From the IMG/VR virus record IMGVR_UViG_3300045988_136686, positions 1 through 64,000 of that record: a DNA stretch of 64,000 nucleotides; one strand, written 5' to 3'. Shown one piece after another: positions 50,396 through 59,768 of the stretch. Source of the DNA: a virus. The number at the start of each line of letters is the position of its first letter. Within the stretch, counting starts at the first letter, position 1. Made by a program: the position numbers and the translations under genes. The notes under the pieces are model-generated. The model made no database searches. It was given only the letters and a program-made list of their open reading frames with translations, and had not been told where the DNA came from.

Positions 50396-50904
50396 GCTTT
50401 GGGAGAAATTAGTGTCTTAAAATACTCTTGGATATAACTATCCGGGATTCTATCCCCCCAGCTGAATGAAGGCTGCTTAACGGTCCTATCCCACGGAGAA
50501 CCGGGCTTGTGAGACCATTCCGTCAGATAGGCGGCAGTTTTAGAACCATAGCTGCCAAAGACCAGTTTCATCAGAGATTCCATTTCGGAATCACGGGCTA
50601 TTTTTTCAAGGTTTTCATCAGAAAGGGAAATTTCTGAAAAATCCTTTTTTATCAATTTATTTCGAGTGGTCGGGAAAACCGGACCATACGGCCAAGCCTG
50701 AGGGTGCTCGTTTGTCAAGCGTTCGTTCTTTACGTAAAGATATACTCCATAAGCTATATACAACAACTTTTGAAGCTTAGTCATGTTAATGAAAAACTTA
50801 TTCTGGTTAGCAAACGCAATGATATAGTTTGCAACCGTAACGCTATCGTATTTATAGGTATCGCTTATCATCTTGTTGCAAAGTAACAAAAAATATCGTA
50901 ACAT
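50392..50904 (-). CDS. Panacea (DUF4065, SocA-like) domain protein
   Basis: VANYIIAFANQ...MTKLQKLLYIAYGVYLYVKNERLTNEHPQAWPYGPVFPTT. Confidence 0.65.
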   Translation of the reverse strand: MLRYFLLLCNKMISDTYKYDSVTVANYIIAFANQNKFFINMTKLQKLLYIAYGVYLYVKNERLTNEHPQAWPYGPVFPTTRNKLIKKDFSEISLSDENLEKIARDSEMESLMKLVFGSYGSKTAAYLTEWSHKPGSPWDRTVKQPSFSWGDRIPDSYIQEYFKTLISPKA

Positions 50905-51004
50905 GCAACCAATTCTTATACTTTTTTACGATAAATCAAACGGTGATTCCAAGAAGTCAAAGAACGCTTTCCCGTCGCCGGGTTATAAAAATTCATTTTT
51001 TTCG

Positions 51005-51274
51005 TCAGGCAATCCAAACTTCGATTTGAATCACCAGCCCGCCCAGTATGGTCGCCAGCAAGTCGGCATACGACCAAGCCCCCGGCTTCTTCCACTCGTC
51101 GGCAGCCTCCTTGATACAGCCCGCTATGGCAGAGAACAGCACACAATATTCCGCCGTCGCACCTATCACGATGGCGAAGAAAGAGGCGATGACACCTCCT
51201 GCGATAAAATGCAGCAGCTTGTCGTGGGGAATAGACAATAACAACCCTTTGATTCTCTCCAAAATTTTCTTCAT
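51005..51274 (-). CDS. small membrane protein, holin candidate
   Basis: 89 aa with 2-3 hydrophobic segments (LLHFIAGGVIASFFAIVIGA, CVLFSAIAGCI, LLATILGGLVIQI). The function is an inference. Confidence 0.4.
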   Translation of the reverse strand: MKKILERIKGLLLSIPHDKLLHFIAGGVIASFFAIVIGATAEYCVLFSAIAGCIKEAADEWKKPGAWSYADLLATILGGLVIQIEVWIA

Positions 51275-51275
51275 A

Positions 51276-51881
51276 TTATTCGTTATTTAATCGGTGATAA
51301 AAATCGAGCTTGATACGGTCATAGACAGAAAATACATTGGTTTTAGCCCTGTCATCGTTCACCGTATGGACATATATCTCGTTCTCGACAACCTCTGCCA
51401 CCCAGTCTATCCATTCAGGATTGGTATAACATGAAAGACGTTTACCCCGATAGGTAAAGTAGTCGAAACGGCTGTTCCTGTCCTCGTACTGGTTCGTGAG
51501 ATTTCCGATAATTTTTTCATGCGTCCTATTCCTGTCGGATATATGGTTTTCCTTCCTAACTTGTTCGATAATTTCCAAAACCCGTCTGGCGGAAAGGTTG
51601 AAAAATTCACTCGTCATGTTCTTTATTCGAAGCTGCGTTTCCGGTCTAAGACCTTCCGATATGTCGGACAACATGTTATTCTGGTCGTTCGTTTTTTCGA
51701 TAAGCTCTTTCAGGGATTCGCCGTAATCCTCCATACTCTTGGTGATAATCGATTTGAACCACTTGAAGCAGGCCACCATCATCATGGCCGACAACACCAA
51801 GAAGAATGCTGCGGTCATCACCAAGAACCCCTGTTCGCTTATCCCTCTGGCCACCTCCGTAGCCTCGTTTATCCCTCCCAT
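51276..51881 (-). CDS. hypothetical protein with N-terminal TM helix
   Basis: FLVMTAAFFLVLSAMMMVACF. Confidence 0.5.
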   Translation of the reverse strand: MGGINEATEVARGISEQGFLVMTAAFFLVLSAMMMVACFKWFKSIITKSMEDYGESLKELIEKTNDQNNMLSDISEGLRPETQLRIKNMTSEFFNLSARRVLEIIEQVRKENHISDRNRTHEKIIGNLTNQYEDRNSRFDYFTYRGKRLSCYTNPEWIDWVAEVVENEIYVHTVNDDRAKTNVFSVYDRIKLDFYHRLNNE

Positions 51882-51882
51882 A

Positions 51883-52269
51883 TCAATGTTTCTGTTTTTC
51901 GATTAACAATATAGCTTCCTCTTTGCAGGATTCCGCATAGGCGTTATAAGCCTCGAACTCCTCTGCTTTCGTACCTCTTTGCCGAAGTATCGCCAACTCC
52001 TCCGACAAGGTATATTTCCGACGTATTAACTCGTTTACCGTTTCTCCGTAGTCCATTGGTACGTGAGGTGTTTCCGTGCCGTCCTCCGTCGCTTCCGGTG
52101 CGTCCACATATTCATAGACTATCGCCCCGTTCCGGTAATACATCACGGGTATTTTTCCGGGTATCTCTTCGGGAGATGGGATAGAATCTATTCGTATGAA
52201 TCCTTCTATCAGGGTTTCGCCATAATATATGGATTCAACTTTATCGTCATTGAGCTTAATTTGTATCAT
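51883..52269 (-). CDS. hypothetical tail-module protein
   Basis: 128-aa ORF overlapping the fibre gene stop. Confidence 0.45.
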   Translation of the reverse strand: MIQIKLNDDKVESIYYGETLIEGFIRIDSIPSPEEIPGKIPVMYYRNGAIVYEYVDAPEATEDGTETPHVPMDYGETVNELIRRKYTLSEELAILRQRGTKAEEFEAYNAYAESCKEEAILLIEKQKH

Positions 52270-53711
52270 ACTATCTCAATTTTAATATAATCAGTACTCA
52301 AATAACACATGAAATTCCTATTCAAAAAGAACCCTGCTAAACAAACACCGTTGTTCGATATGGCAATGTCATCTTTATAAAGCAAGTTAACTCTTGCATT
52401 CGTTTTCAGATTGTAGGTCAATAACTGCTGGATATTCCAAGCTTCTATATTTACCTTTGTCAAGCAAATGACAGAAGTACCCCTTTCAAATTTGGTGTTC
52501 AAATAGTACTTATCTGAAAAATTAGTTCCGCTATAACTTGCCAGCCAAGTGTGATTGCTATCATGTGGCTGTATAAATGTGCAACTCTTAGAGCATTCAT
52601 GCGAGTATATAAATACATCTTTGTCTTTTAATAATGTTACTTTTTCGGAGTAATCGAAAGAACTTAATTCCTCCAATTCCGTGCTGAATTTCATCAATTT
52701 GTTTTGGGCGCAAATCGTGATGAAATCTGCATTTATATCGCACCCGGAAATCTCACCTGAATATAGTCCCGTATCTACTAATTCGAGGGTGTTTTCGTTC
52801 AATGTGTATAACGACTTTGAGATAGCAGAGAAACAATAGATAGTACCATTTACATTATATATTTTATTTTTTTGTTCGCGGTATGAAACAGAGTCGTTTT
52901 TAGTCGATAGTTCAGTTTCACCTGTATATCTGTTTATCTTATGAATTGTACCGGTATTATTCCCGAACTGGTAGAGGTAATCTCCCTTTACAGTTATACA
53001 TTTACCTATTGTACACCACGACCTATGCTCCCATATCAATTCGCCGCTCCATGAAATACATAAAATTGCCTCTCCCCAAATACATAAGTATAGATAATCC
53101 TTTTCCGCCCATATACCTATTGGCCAAATGTAATGTTGTTGCTTTCTATTATATTTTAAATAAATCCGTCCCGTTCGTTCGCCGGAAAACCTATTCTCTA
53201 TACTTTCTGCCGCTTGGTTCGCTTTCTCGGCTGCCTCATTGGCGAGAGTTGCCGAGTTGTTAGCTTCTGTTGCGGCATTCTCCGCATTTCCTGCCGCTGT
53301 GTTGGCGTTCGATGTGGCTGTGTTTGTATCGGAAATAAGTCCTTCGAGCGTAGTTTGCATTTTGGAAAAACTCGACTCTCTTTGGAATTCCGCTTCGGCT
53401 CTCTCACTCTCCGCCGAGGCACGGCTGCTTTCAGCAGATTCCCGTTTTGCTTCTTCTGCCGTCAACTTGACACCGAGAGCCTTTATATCCGAGGTCGCTT
53501 TATTGGCATTTTCAGCCGCTTGATTGGCGACTGCCGCCGCCTCTGTCGCAGGGCGTTGAAGATCGGCGATTTGCTCCGGCGTAAAATCGTCGTAGGTAAA
53601 AGGGTCTCCTTTATCTCCTTTTTCACCGGGCAGGGCAACCATTTCTTCCACCACGGCGGCATCGGGCACTACCACCTGCTCATGAACAATTATGCAATCA
53701 CTATCTGCCAT
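52266..53711 (-). CDS. tail fibre / receptor-binding protein candidate
   Basis: N-terminal collagen-like GEKGDKGDP, then an Ala/Asn/Glu-rich coiled coil, then a ~300-aa beta-rich C-terminal domain. Confidence 0.55.
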   Translation of the reverse strand: MADSDCIIVHEQVVVPDAAVVEEMVALPGEKGDKGDPFTYDDFTPEQIADLQRPATEAAAVANQAAENANKATSDIKALGVKLTAEEAKRESAESSRASAESERAEAEFQRESSFSKMQTTLEGLISDTNTATSNANTAAGNAENAATEANNSATLANEAAEKANQAAESIENRFSGERTGRIYLKYNRKQQHYIWPIGIWAEKDYLYLCIWGEAILCISWSGELIWEHRSWCTIGKCITVKGDYLYQFGNNTGTIHKINRYTGETELSTKNDSVSYREQKNKIYNVNGTIYCFSAISKSLYTLNENTLELVDTGLYSGEISGCDINADFITICAQNKLMKFSTELEELSSFDYSEKVTLLKDKDVFIYSHECSKSCTFIQPHDSNHTWLASYSGTNFSDKYYLNTKFERGTSVICLTKVNIEAWNIQQLLTYNLKTNARVNLLYKDDIAISNNGVCLAGFFLNRNFMCYLSTDYIKIEIV

Positions 53712-53712
53712 A

Positions 53713-54060
53713 TCACTTGATGATTATATTGGTTTTGTAAACATCTCCATAGTCCCATTTGCCGTCATCGAAATCGGCATCCTCTATCCAGTAATGCCTC
53801 TCGACCGTGAGCAAGCCATAGCGGAAAGTTCCGGAATTGAATATGCCGTACAGCACGCCGTCACGGAACACACAGTTCTTACGTGTCTTCCCGTCGTAGC
53901 TCACTTCGCAACAACAACCGGCCTCGTCCTTGTAGATGAACTTAAACTTCTTCGTCTCGGCATCGATCGGGCTCCCGTTCTTGTCCTCAAATCCAATGGT
54001 AAACTTAATATCCTCCCACGAGTATTTCTCTTCGTACTTTTTGTCACTCATCGCTGCCAT
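53713..54060 (-). CDS. hypothetical tail-module protein
   Basis: 115-aa ORF. Confidence 0.45.
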   Translation of the reverse strand: MAAMSDKKYEEKYSWEDIKFTIGFEDKNGSPIDAETKKFKFIYKDEAGCCCEVSYDGKTRKNCVFRDGVLYGIFNSGTFRYGLLTVERHYWIEDADFDDGKWDYGDVYKTNIIIK

Positions 54061-54283
54061 CGGATAATGCGTTGAACATTTTTTCCACCAGAGCTTTCGT
54101 TTCCTCGACCGTGGAGGTCATGGAATAGACATTCATGTTAAAACTGCCTTGCCCGACAGTGACATGGCCTTTTTCCACACCGTTTTCCACAATTCGGTAA
54201 TTGACCGCTTGCAGGGTTTCCACAGTCTCTTTTCCGTTGAACGAACGGCTGATGTTTTCGCTGATTTTTACTAACTCAATCAT
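54044..54283 (-). CDS. hypothetical tail-module protein
   Basis: 79-aa ORF. Confidence 0.4.
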   Translation of the reverse strand: MIELVKISENISRSFNGKETVETLQAVNYRIVENGVEKGHVTVGQGSFNMNVYSMTSTVEETKALVEKMFNALSDGSDE

Positions 54284-54301
54284 AATGTTTTGTATTTATG
54301 G

Positions 54302-55573
54302 TTAACTGATAATCCCGCTGTCGGGAATGTCGAATGTCACGTTTTTGGATAGTGAGTCGAGTTGGACGCCGGCCTCGCCCGACGAGGAGACCCCATACAC
54401 GGAACAGGTCAGGTAATAGGTATGGGCTCCCGGTGGAAGGTCCGGATGTATCGTCCCCAAAGGGATATTCAAAATGAGAATCCCTGCTCCCTTGTATTCG
54501 TAATCATATATCGCGAGGAATCCGGACCCCGAAATGCGGAAGGTGTATTTCTCACCCACCGGAGGATTTCCGTTCGGAAAACTGATACGCACCTGAAAGT
54601 AACTCGAAAGAAAATTGAAATACATGATTTTAATCGGGGTATATGTGCTGTTTATCTCGGCTGTCATGGCTATCGATGTGGGTATGGGGAAATAATCCGC
54701 CACGGTGATCTGTTTGTCGACCCCTGTCCAGTATTTGAACGACTTCTTATCGATAAGGAACAATGTCACCTTCAAATTCGTCCCTATCGAATCCTCCCCC
54801 GGAAATGTGTCGCTCTGTCCGACAGGAAGTATCGGCGGAGTAGTACCGTCACTGAAAAACTTGACCTTGAAAGCGGAGTACCACACATTGCCCACCCGCA
54901 AGGTGGTTACGGTATTTGTCGAGGTATTTGTCAGCAATCGGGCAAAACTGCTTCCATTTCCATCGGTTGCCAAAATAGCCGGGTAATAATCGCCGATACT
55001 CTTGTCGGAGGCCAGCGACAGCCACGACTCGACGGGTACGCCGGTAGGATTCACCGAAGTGTCGTAATAGTTAATATCGACAAAAAGATACGGCACGTCC
55101 GCACTGATTTCGTCAATTTTACTTCCGGTAAGATTAGGTTCCGCATTGTGGTCGTAGCCGTCGAAATCGCTCAGGCGGCAAAAATCCGTCCCCGAGTGAG
55201 GATAGGCGACATAATCGAAAGAGGTATCATGGATAGCGACGATATTCGTGCCGTGCGGTATCGTAGCTTTCAAGCCATAGCGTATGCCTTGATTCTTATC
55301 CGTTTCGCTTCCTTCCCATTGATTGATGTATGTCGTGACCCCGCCGGATTGCTGAGGATAGTTGTCGGATAGCGGTGCAGCCTGCGGATAGCGCACGGGT
55401 TTATGACGACTCCATTTGTTGATACGTCCCGGACGGCCACCCTGCAACAGGGGACGTTCGAGGGCAACGATGTCGGCCACGTCCCATACCCCGTTTGCCG
55501 GGTATATTCCCAGCAGATTATACGGGTCGGTTATCGCTACCGGGGCTACGATCTTGTTTTTATCGATGGCCAT
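54302..55573 (-). CDS. tail-associated protein
   Basis: 423-aa ORF directly after the large tail protein. No motif. Confidence 0.5.
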   Translation of the reverse strand: MAIDKNKIVAPVAITDPYNLLGIYPANGVWDVADIVALERPLLQGGRPGRINKWSRHKPVRYPQAAPLSDNYPQQSGGVTTYINQWEGSETDKNQGIRYGLKATIPHGTNIVAIHDTSFDYVAYPHSGTDFCRLSDFDGYDHNAEPNLTGSKIDEISADVPYLFVDINYYDTSVNPTGVPVESWLSLASDKSIGDYYPAILATDGNGSSFARLLTNTSTNTVTTLRVGNVWYSAFKVKFFSDGTTPPILPVGQSDTFPGEDSIGTNLKVTLFLIDKKSFKYWTGVDKQITVADYFPIPTSIAMTAEINSTYTPIKIMYFNFLSSYFQVRISFPNGNPPVGEKYTFRISGSGFLAIYDYEYKGAGILILNIPLGTIHPDLPPGAHTYYLTCSVYGVSSSGEAGVQLDSLSKNVTFDIPDSGIIS

Positions 55574-55577
55574 AGGC

Positions 55578-58500
55578 TCACTTTCCTCCTTTCCCTTTTA
55601 ATTCGGACAATTCTTTTTTCAATCGTTCTATATCTTCCATAAGGGCTTTAACCAGACGGGCGGTCTCCTGCGTTGCCCCGGCTATGGTGTTGATATAGTC
55701 GGGCGACAGGTAGTTCAGAGCCCCGTAACCGTCCCCCGTTTCGTAGGCCATCGATGGCAATACCTCTTTCACCTTTTGGTACAACAGCCCCGTATGGGCT
55801 TCCCCGTCCACACCGCCCTTGTTACGCTTCCGTGCTTTTTCGGTGTATCGGAAATCGCATACCCTGCCCATCGCCAAGAGGCGGTCGGTATAACTTCGGG
55901 TATAGTCGAAATCTCGCTTCAAACGCATGTCCGAAGTCGTTAGAGCGGTGACCGAGCCTTGTGCCGAGATATTGCCTTGCGACGATATATCCCCTCCGGC
56001 CGTGATGTTACCGTCCGATGTGACACTCTCCTTTGACCTTATGTTATTCGTCGCCACAATCCTTCCGGAGGAGATGGAGACAGACTTACTCCCGGTCGAA
56101 AGGTTTATACCCTTAGCCCTGATTACATTCGCTCCATCGATGTCTCCCTTCATCGTTATATCCCGGACTCCCGACAGACTTCCGGACACATCGTTCGATC
56201 CGTCAAACGGATTTCCCCAAATCGTCCGGATATTTTTAAGCCTGTCGGCGGCGATGGAATCGTTATCCGTCAAGGCGACAGACGGGGTCACCACGGTCAG
56301 CTTGCTCACGCCGACTGCCGGCATGGGAGACAACGATATACTATCCACACAGTTCTCGCAAGTCCCGTTCAAAGCCCCGTATGTGTTATAGACGAATATG
56401 GAGCAGGTCTGGTAATCGGTCTTGGCCGAAACCCAAAAGCACACGTGTCCCCCGTACAAGAACACCTTCACGTCACCCAAATCGTCACCGAAATGCGTAC
56501 CGGCCGTAGCCGTAAACTCGACATCGTTCGGGGCATAATTATACGCCTGTACGATCGTATTGATAATTCGTCGGCTATAATATCCATTTCCGATCAGATG
56601 CAACGTCAACATAGCCGCCTCGGCCTCTTCGACTTTCGTGCGAATCAACCACCCGTTTCCGGTGGCTGTCTCATACATGCCGCCCCTCTTATACAGGAAA
56701 GCCCCGTTGTCAAGTCCGTTCAACTTTTTCGCATTGTCCGATTCGACCGCACGTCCGACTGTCAGCCCCGTATATGTACCGCTCACGTTGTTTATCTCGG
56801 CCAGCGAATAGGTAGGCTTGTTCGGCTGCTGCACCCAATCGTACAGGGTTATGCCTTTGGTGACAACGATATTACCACCCGTTTTGCTGATCGCCGTCAC
56901 CACATTGCCTGTACCTATCGTAGATGCGCCGGCGTTGGCGAGTTTCCAAATCTCGTTGATGGTGTAGGCGTTGAAGGTATCGGTAAGGGTGGCGTTGTCG
57001 AATGCGCCGCCCAGATCGTCGAACCCATGAACGAGCTTGATGAGCCCTCCTTCACCACCGCCACCCCCTTCCCCACGCCATACACCAAGAGCGGATATTC
57101 CACCCTGTGAATACACATTAAATTTCGAGTATATCGTATTTTCCAACTCTGTGTCGAATTTCCACATATCGTTAATACGGGCAAATCCTTCCTGCATTTG
57201 TTTTACAGTCCGTTGATACGATTGTTGCAGGGAAGCCGTCATATCATTGATGGCAGAAATCAAGTCGATATTCTTATTGGCAGATGCAACCTCTTCTTTC
57301 AGTTCTTGCGTATTCCCTTTTATTAGGTTGTTCCCGATGGTAATAGTCTGTTCGAAAGGATAGTCGAGTTTGGTTGTAAGGCTTATAACACGAGTAACAT
57401 ATGAATATCCTGCGTTTATGTATTCGACTTTTCTTCCTATGGATAAATCAGGATTGTTTTCATCGAACACCACAGGATTAGATGAAAACTGGTAGTTGTT
57501 TTGGTCGGAAGAAAGCCGTTCTATTTCTTCGTTCATAGCTGTTTCCAGCCGTATGTACGCCGAATCTGTATATTCTTCCGGCATTTTGACGTTGAATAGG
57601 ATAATATCGTCATTTTCCGACGGTATAAGTCCCGTAATAGCAGGGATAATATAGTTACCTTCTTCCTCTTTATATTTAATCTCGAAATCTCCTTTTTTGA
57701 CTTCGAAGCTTATGCCATCATCACTCGTTATTGTTTTACTCTCATCATGGTATATAAGCTCAAATTCCATACCTTGCAAAGCCCCCGATTGGAAATGTAC
57801 CGAAGGTTCCTTATTTGGTATACGCATACCATTCGGATTTTTTTCTTCGTCATAAGGGGAATTGTCGAAGTTAAATTCCGGTATTTGAAAATACCATATC
57901 GCATATTGGTCGTATATAGGGTCTCCATTTTCATCTGTGCCTATCTGTATTTTATCATTCGTTTCCGAGTCTATACGCCACATAAGGCGGAATCTGACAT
58001 CTGATATGGAGAGTTCCGATGAAGGGTATATATCATCGAACAGTAGGATTTTGCTAAATATCTCTCCCTGTTGAAGGTTTGGCCTTATATCTTTATATCC
58101 GTTCGGATATTTTTTAGGGTCAAGAGTCAGCCGTTTGTTGACCAAATTGTTGACATTAGCACCTTTGTATTCCTGTACGATGTTTCGAGTTGACCCGAAT
58201 GCGTAAAATCGGGTATAATACCCATCTTTTCCCTCCGTAACCGAAGGTGTATTGATGTTTTCACCAACTTCGAGAGAAACAACAGCTCCATGTTCGGATT
58301 TCGACAGATGAATAATCATGGAATCTTTCTCAACCCACCATTCTGTATCAAACGCAGATGCTATACTGTTCAAGGCAGACAATATGTCGATTGATTGGAA
58401 AGACAAAGAAGTGGAAGCGTTAAGAGAAGAATCGACGGCGTAAGTCCATGTATCCCCGGTTTCGTTCTCGATAGCCTTACAAATAACACTCATGAAATTG

Positions 58501-58871
58501 GCCGGGTTATCGGTAAGAGACCAATCCGGCTCCCGATTCGTTATCTCGTTATTCTCATCGTAAGAATACATGAAAAAAGGCACTTTACCCCATGATATAA
58601 ATTTCGAATGAAATTGTGGTTTGTATTGAAATTCGACCTCGTTCTTTTGTTCTGGATTATATGGATCCAAAAGAGAATATTTCTCACCATCGAGTATGAT
58701 ATAAGCCCCTACCGGAATCTCTTCATTTTGGTCCGAGTTCCACGACAATTCTACATAATCTGATTTCATCAATTCCTCTACATGAACACATTCTTCTGTT
58801 ATAGGAACTGATAAAATAGTCTCTCCTTGTATGTTTTTAATGTCTATCATGATGGTTTCGTATATCTTCAT
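55578..58871 (-). CDS. large tail/baseplate-fibre protein with C-terminal S74 intramolecular chaperone domain
   Basis: 1097 aa. Gly linker WRGEGGGGGEGG. The C-terminus TSDMRLKRDFDY...GLLYQKVKEVLP...ALNYLSPDYINTI plus a terminal coiled coil fits the peptidase S74 auto-cleaving chaperone. Confidence 0.7.
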   Translation of the reverse strand: MKIYETIMIDIKNIQGETILSVPITEECVHVEELMKSDYVELSWNSDQNEEIPVGAYIILDGEKYSLLDPYNPEQKNEVEFQYKPQFHSKFISWGKVPFFMYSYDENNEITNREPDWSLTDNPANFMSVICKAIENETGDTWTYAVDSSLNASTSLSFQSIDILSALNSIASAFDTEWWVEKDSMIIHLSKSEHGAVVSLEVGENINTPSVTEGKDGYYTRFYAFGSTRNIVQEYKGANVNNLVNKRLTLDPKKYPNGYKDIRPNLQQGEIFSKILLFDDIYPSSELSISDVRFRLMWRIDSETNDKIQIGTDENGDPIYDQYAIWYFQIPEFNFDNSPYDEEKNPNGMRIPNKEPSVHFQSGALQGMEFELIYHDESKTITSDDGISFEVKKGDFEIKYKEEEGNYIIPAITGLIPSENDDIILFNVKMPEEYTDSAYIRLETAMNEEIERLSSDQNNYQFSSNPVVFDENNPDLSIGRKVEYINAGYSYVTRVISLTTKLDYPFEQTITIGNNLIKGNTQELKEEVASANKNIDLISAINDMTASLQQSYQRTVKQMQEGFARINDMWKFDTELENTIYSKFNVYSQGGISALGVWRGEGGGGGEGGLIKLVHGFDDLGGAFDNATLTDTFNAYTINEIWKLANAGASTIGTGNVVTAISKTGGNIVVTKGITLYDWVQQPNKPTYSLAEINNVSGTYTGLTVGRAVESDNAKKLNGLDNGAFLYKRGGMYETATGNGWLIRTKVEEAEAAMLTLHLIGNGYYSRRIINTIVQAYNYAPNDVEFTATAGTHFGDDLGDVKVFLYGGHVCFWVSAKTDYQTCSIFVYNTYGALNGTCENCVDSISLSPMPAVGVSKLTVVTPSVALTDNDSIAADRLKNIRTIWGNPFDGSNDVSGSLSGVRDITMKGDIDGANVIRAKGINLSTGSKSVSISSGRIVATNNIRSKESVTSDGNITAGGDISSQGNISAQGSVTALTTSDMRLKRDFDYTRSYTDRLLAMGRVCDFRYTEKARKRNKGGVDGEAHTGLLYQKVKEVLPSMAYETGDGYGALNYLSPDYINTIAGATQETARLVKALMEDIERLKKELSELKGKGGK

Positions 58872-58882
58872 ACGATTTCAGT

Positions 58883-58919
58883 CAAAGATAATAAAAGTGT
58901 ATGAAAAACATGTACTTTT
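58883..58919 (-). promoter_or_regulatory. promoter module: 27-bp palindrome (58893..58919) plus -7 box TATCTTTG (58883..58890)
   Basis: Minus strand: AAAAGTACATGTTTTTCATACACTTTT-at-TATCTTTG, 12 nt upstream of the ATG of the 1097-aa gene. Confidence 0.45.
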
Positions 58920-59339
58920 TTATGAATTTCTATCTGCTGGATTATATTCGACAAGTTTTAGAGAAAATCGTGCTATTCCTCTCATGAATTGCGTAAATTG
59001 ATTGCATGAAATATAGATTGTTTTGTAAGTAATATTTGGTTGATACTTTGTTTTTATATTTATTATGCCTGTTGCCAATTCTTCACAAAAGCTGTTGTAT
59101 CTTGAAAAGAATTCTTCTTCCGTTTTTGCCGTCAGGTTAAAAGTTAAAGTGATATTTCGTTCATCGATTTTAGGATTAGAGGACAGGACTCGTTTGCCAT
59201 GTTCTAATCGAGACTTGTTTTCGATGAACTCTTTTAAAGGTGACGGTGTCATTAAGGAGGAAAGAGATGATGTATCCATACTTATACCCCAAGTTGTATA
59301 GCAGTCTTTCCCATTTATGTAAAACTCTCCCGATGCCAT
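58920..59339 (-). CDS. distal tail protein (Dit)-like candidate
   Basis: 139 aa, second gene after the tape measure. Synteny only. Confidence 0.35.
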   Translation of the reverse strand: MASGEFYINGKDCYTTWGISMDTSSLSSLMTPSPLKEFIENKSRLEHGKRVLSSNPKIDERNITLTFNLTAKTEEEFFSRYNSFCEELATGIINIKTKYQPNITYKTIYISCNQFTQFMRGIARFSLKLVEYNPADRNS

Positions 59340-59340
59340 T

Positions 59341-59766
59341 TTATTTAAGTATAACTGAAGTTTTGTCTTTATTGATTTCTACAGGACAATTTCGTATGTT
59401 TATAAGTCTAATAACTGCGTAATTACGGGCAACTATTATAGCTCTGGCTCCATGCATGAGTATAACTTTGTGAACTCTAGTATTATCGTCAAATACTAGT
59501 TCCGCATTGGTATTGCCTATTAAAGCAATATTGGTATCATTACTTCTTTTTACATTTTTAGTGTCGACAAACACGCAATAATTAGCAATATCATTACTCA
59601 TCTCACGGAACGTTTCAATAGGAGGGAAGTTGTTCTTTTCACAAAACTCTATGCCTTGTGGTGTAAAGAACAACCATACTAGAGTTTTCCAGTCACCAAC
59701 ACCATAAGACTTATTACAAGCTCCTTTTTGTAAAGCAGCCATCATTATTTCTTTTACTGTATTCAT
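59341..59766 (-). CDS. hypothetical tail protein
   Basis: 141-aa ORF 3 nt after the tape measure stop. Confidence 0.45.
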   Translation of the reverse strand: MNTVKEIMMAALQKGACNKSYGVGDWKTLVWLFFTPQGIEFCEKNNFPPIETFREMSNDIANYCVFVDTKNVKRSNDTNIALIGNTNAELVFDDNTRVHKVILMHGARAIIVARNYAVIRLINIRNCPVEINKDKTSVILK

Positions 59767-59768
59767 AT

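Noticed and set aside
54362-55372. 336-aa plus-strand ORF, with neighbours 53214..53720, 55927..56391 and 56445..57110, opposite the tail genes
   Set aside because: They lie antisense to long, well-packed minus-strand genes and occur only in the GC-rich block, where stop codons are rare. Their translations are Arg/Gly/Pro-rich low-complexity sequence. I treat them as compositional artefacts.
52266-58871. Diversity-generating retroelement acting on the tail-fibre genes
   Set aside because: No reverse transcriptase ORF and no template/variable repeat pair was seen anywhere in the window.
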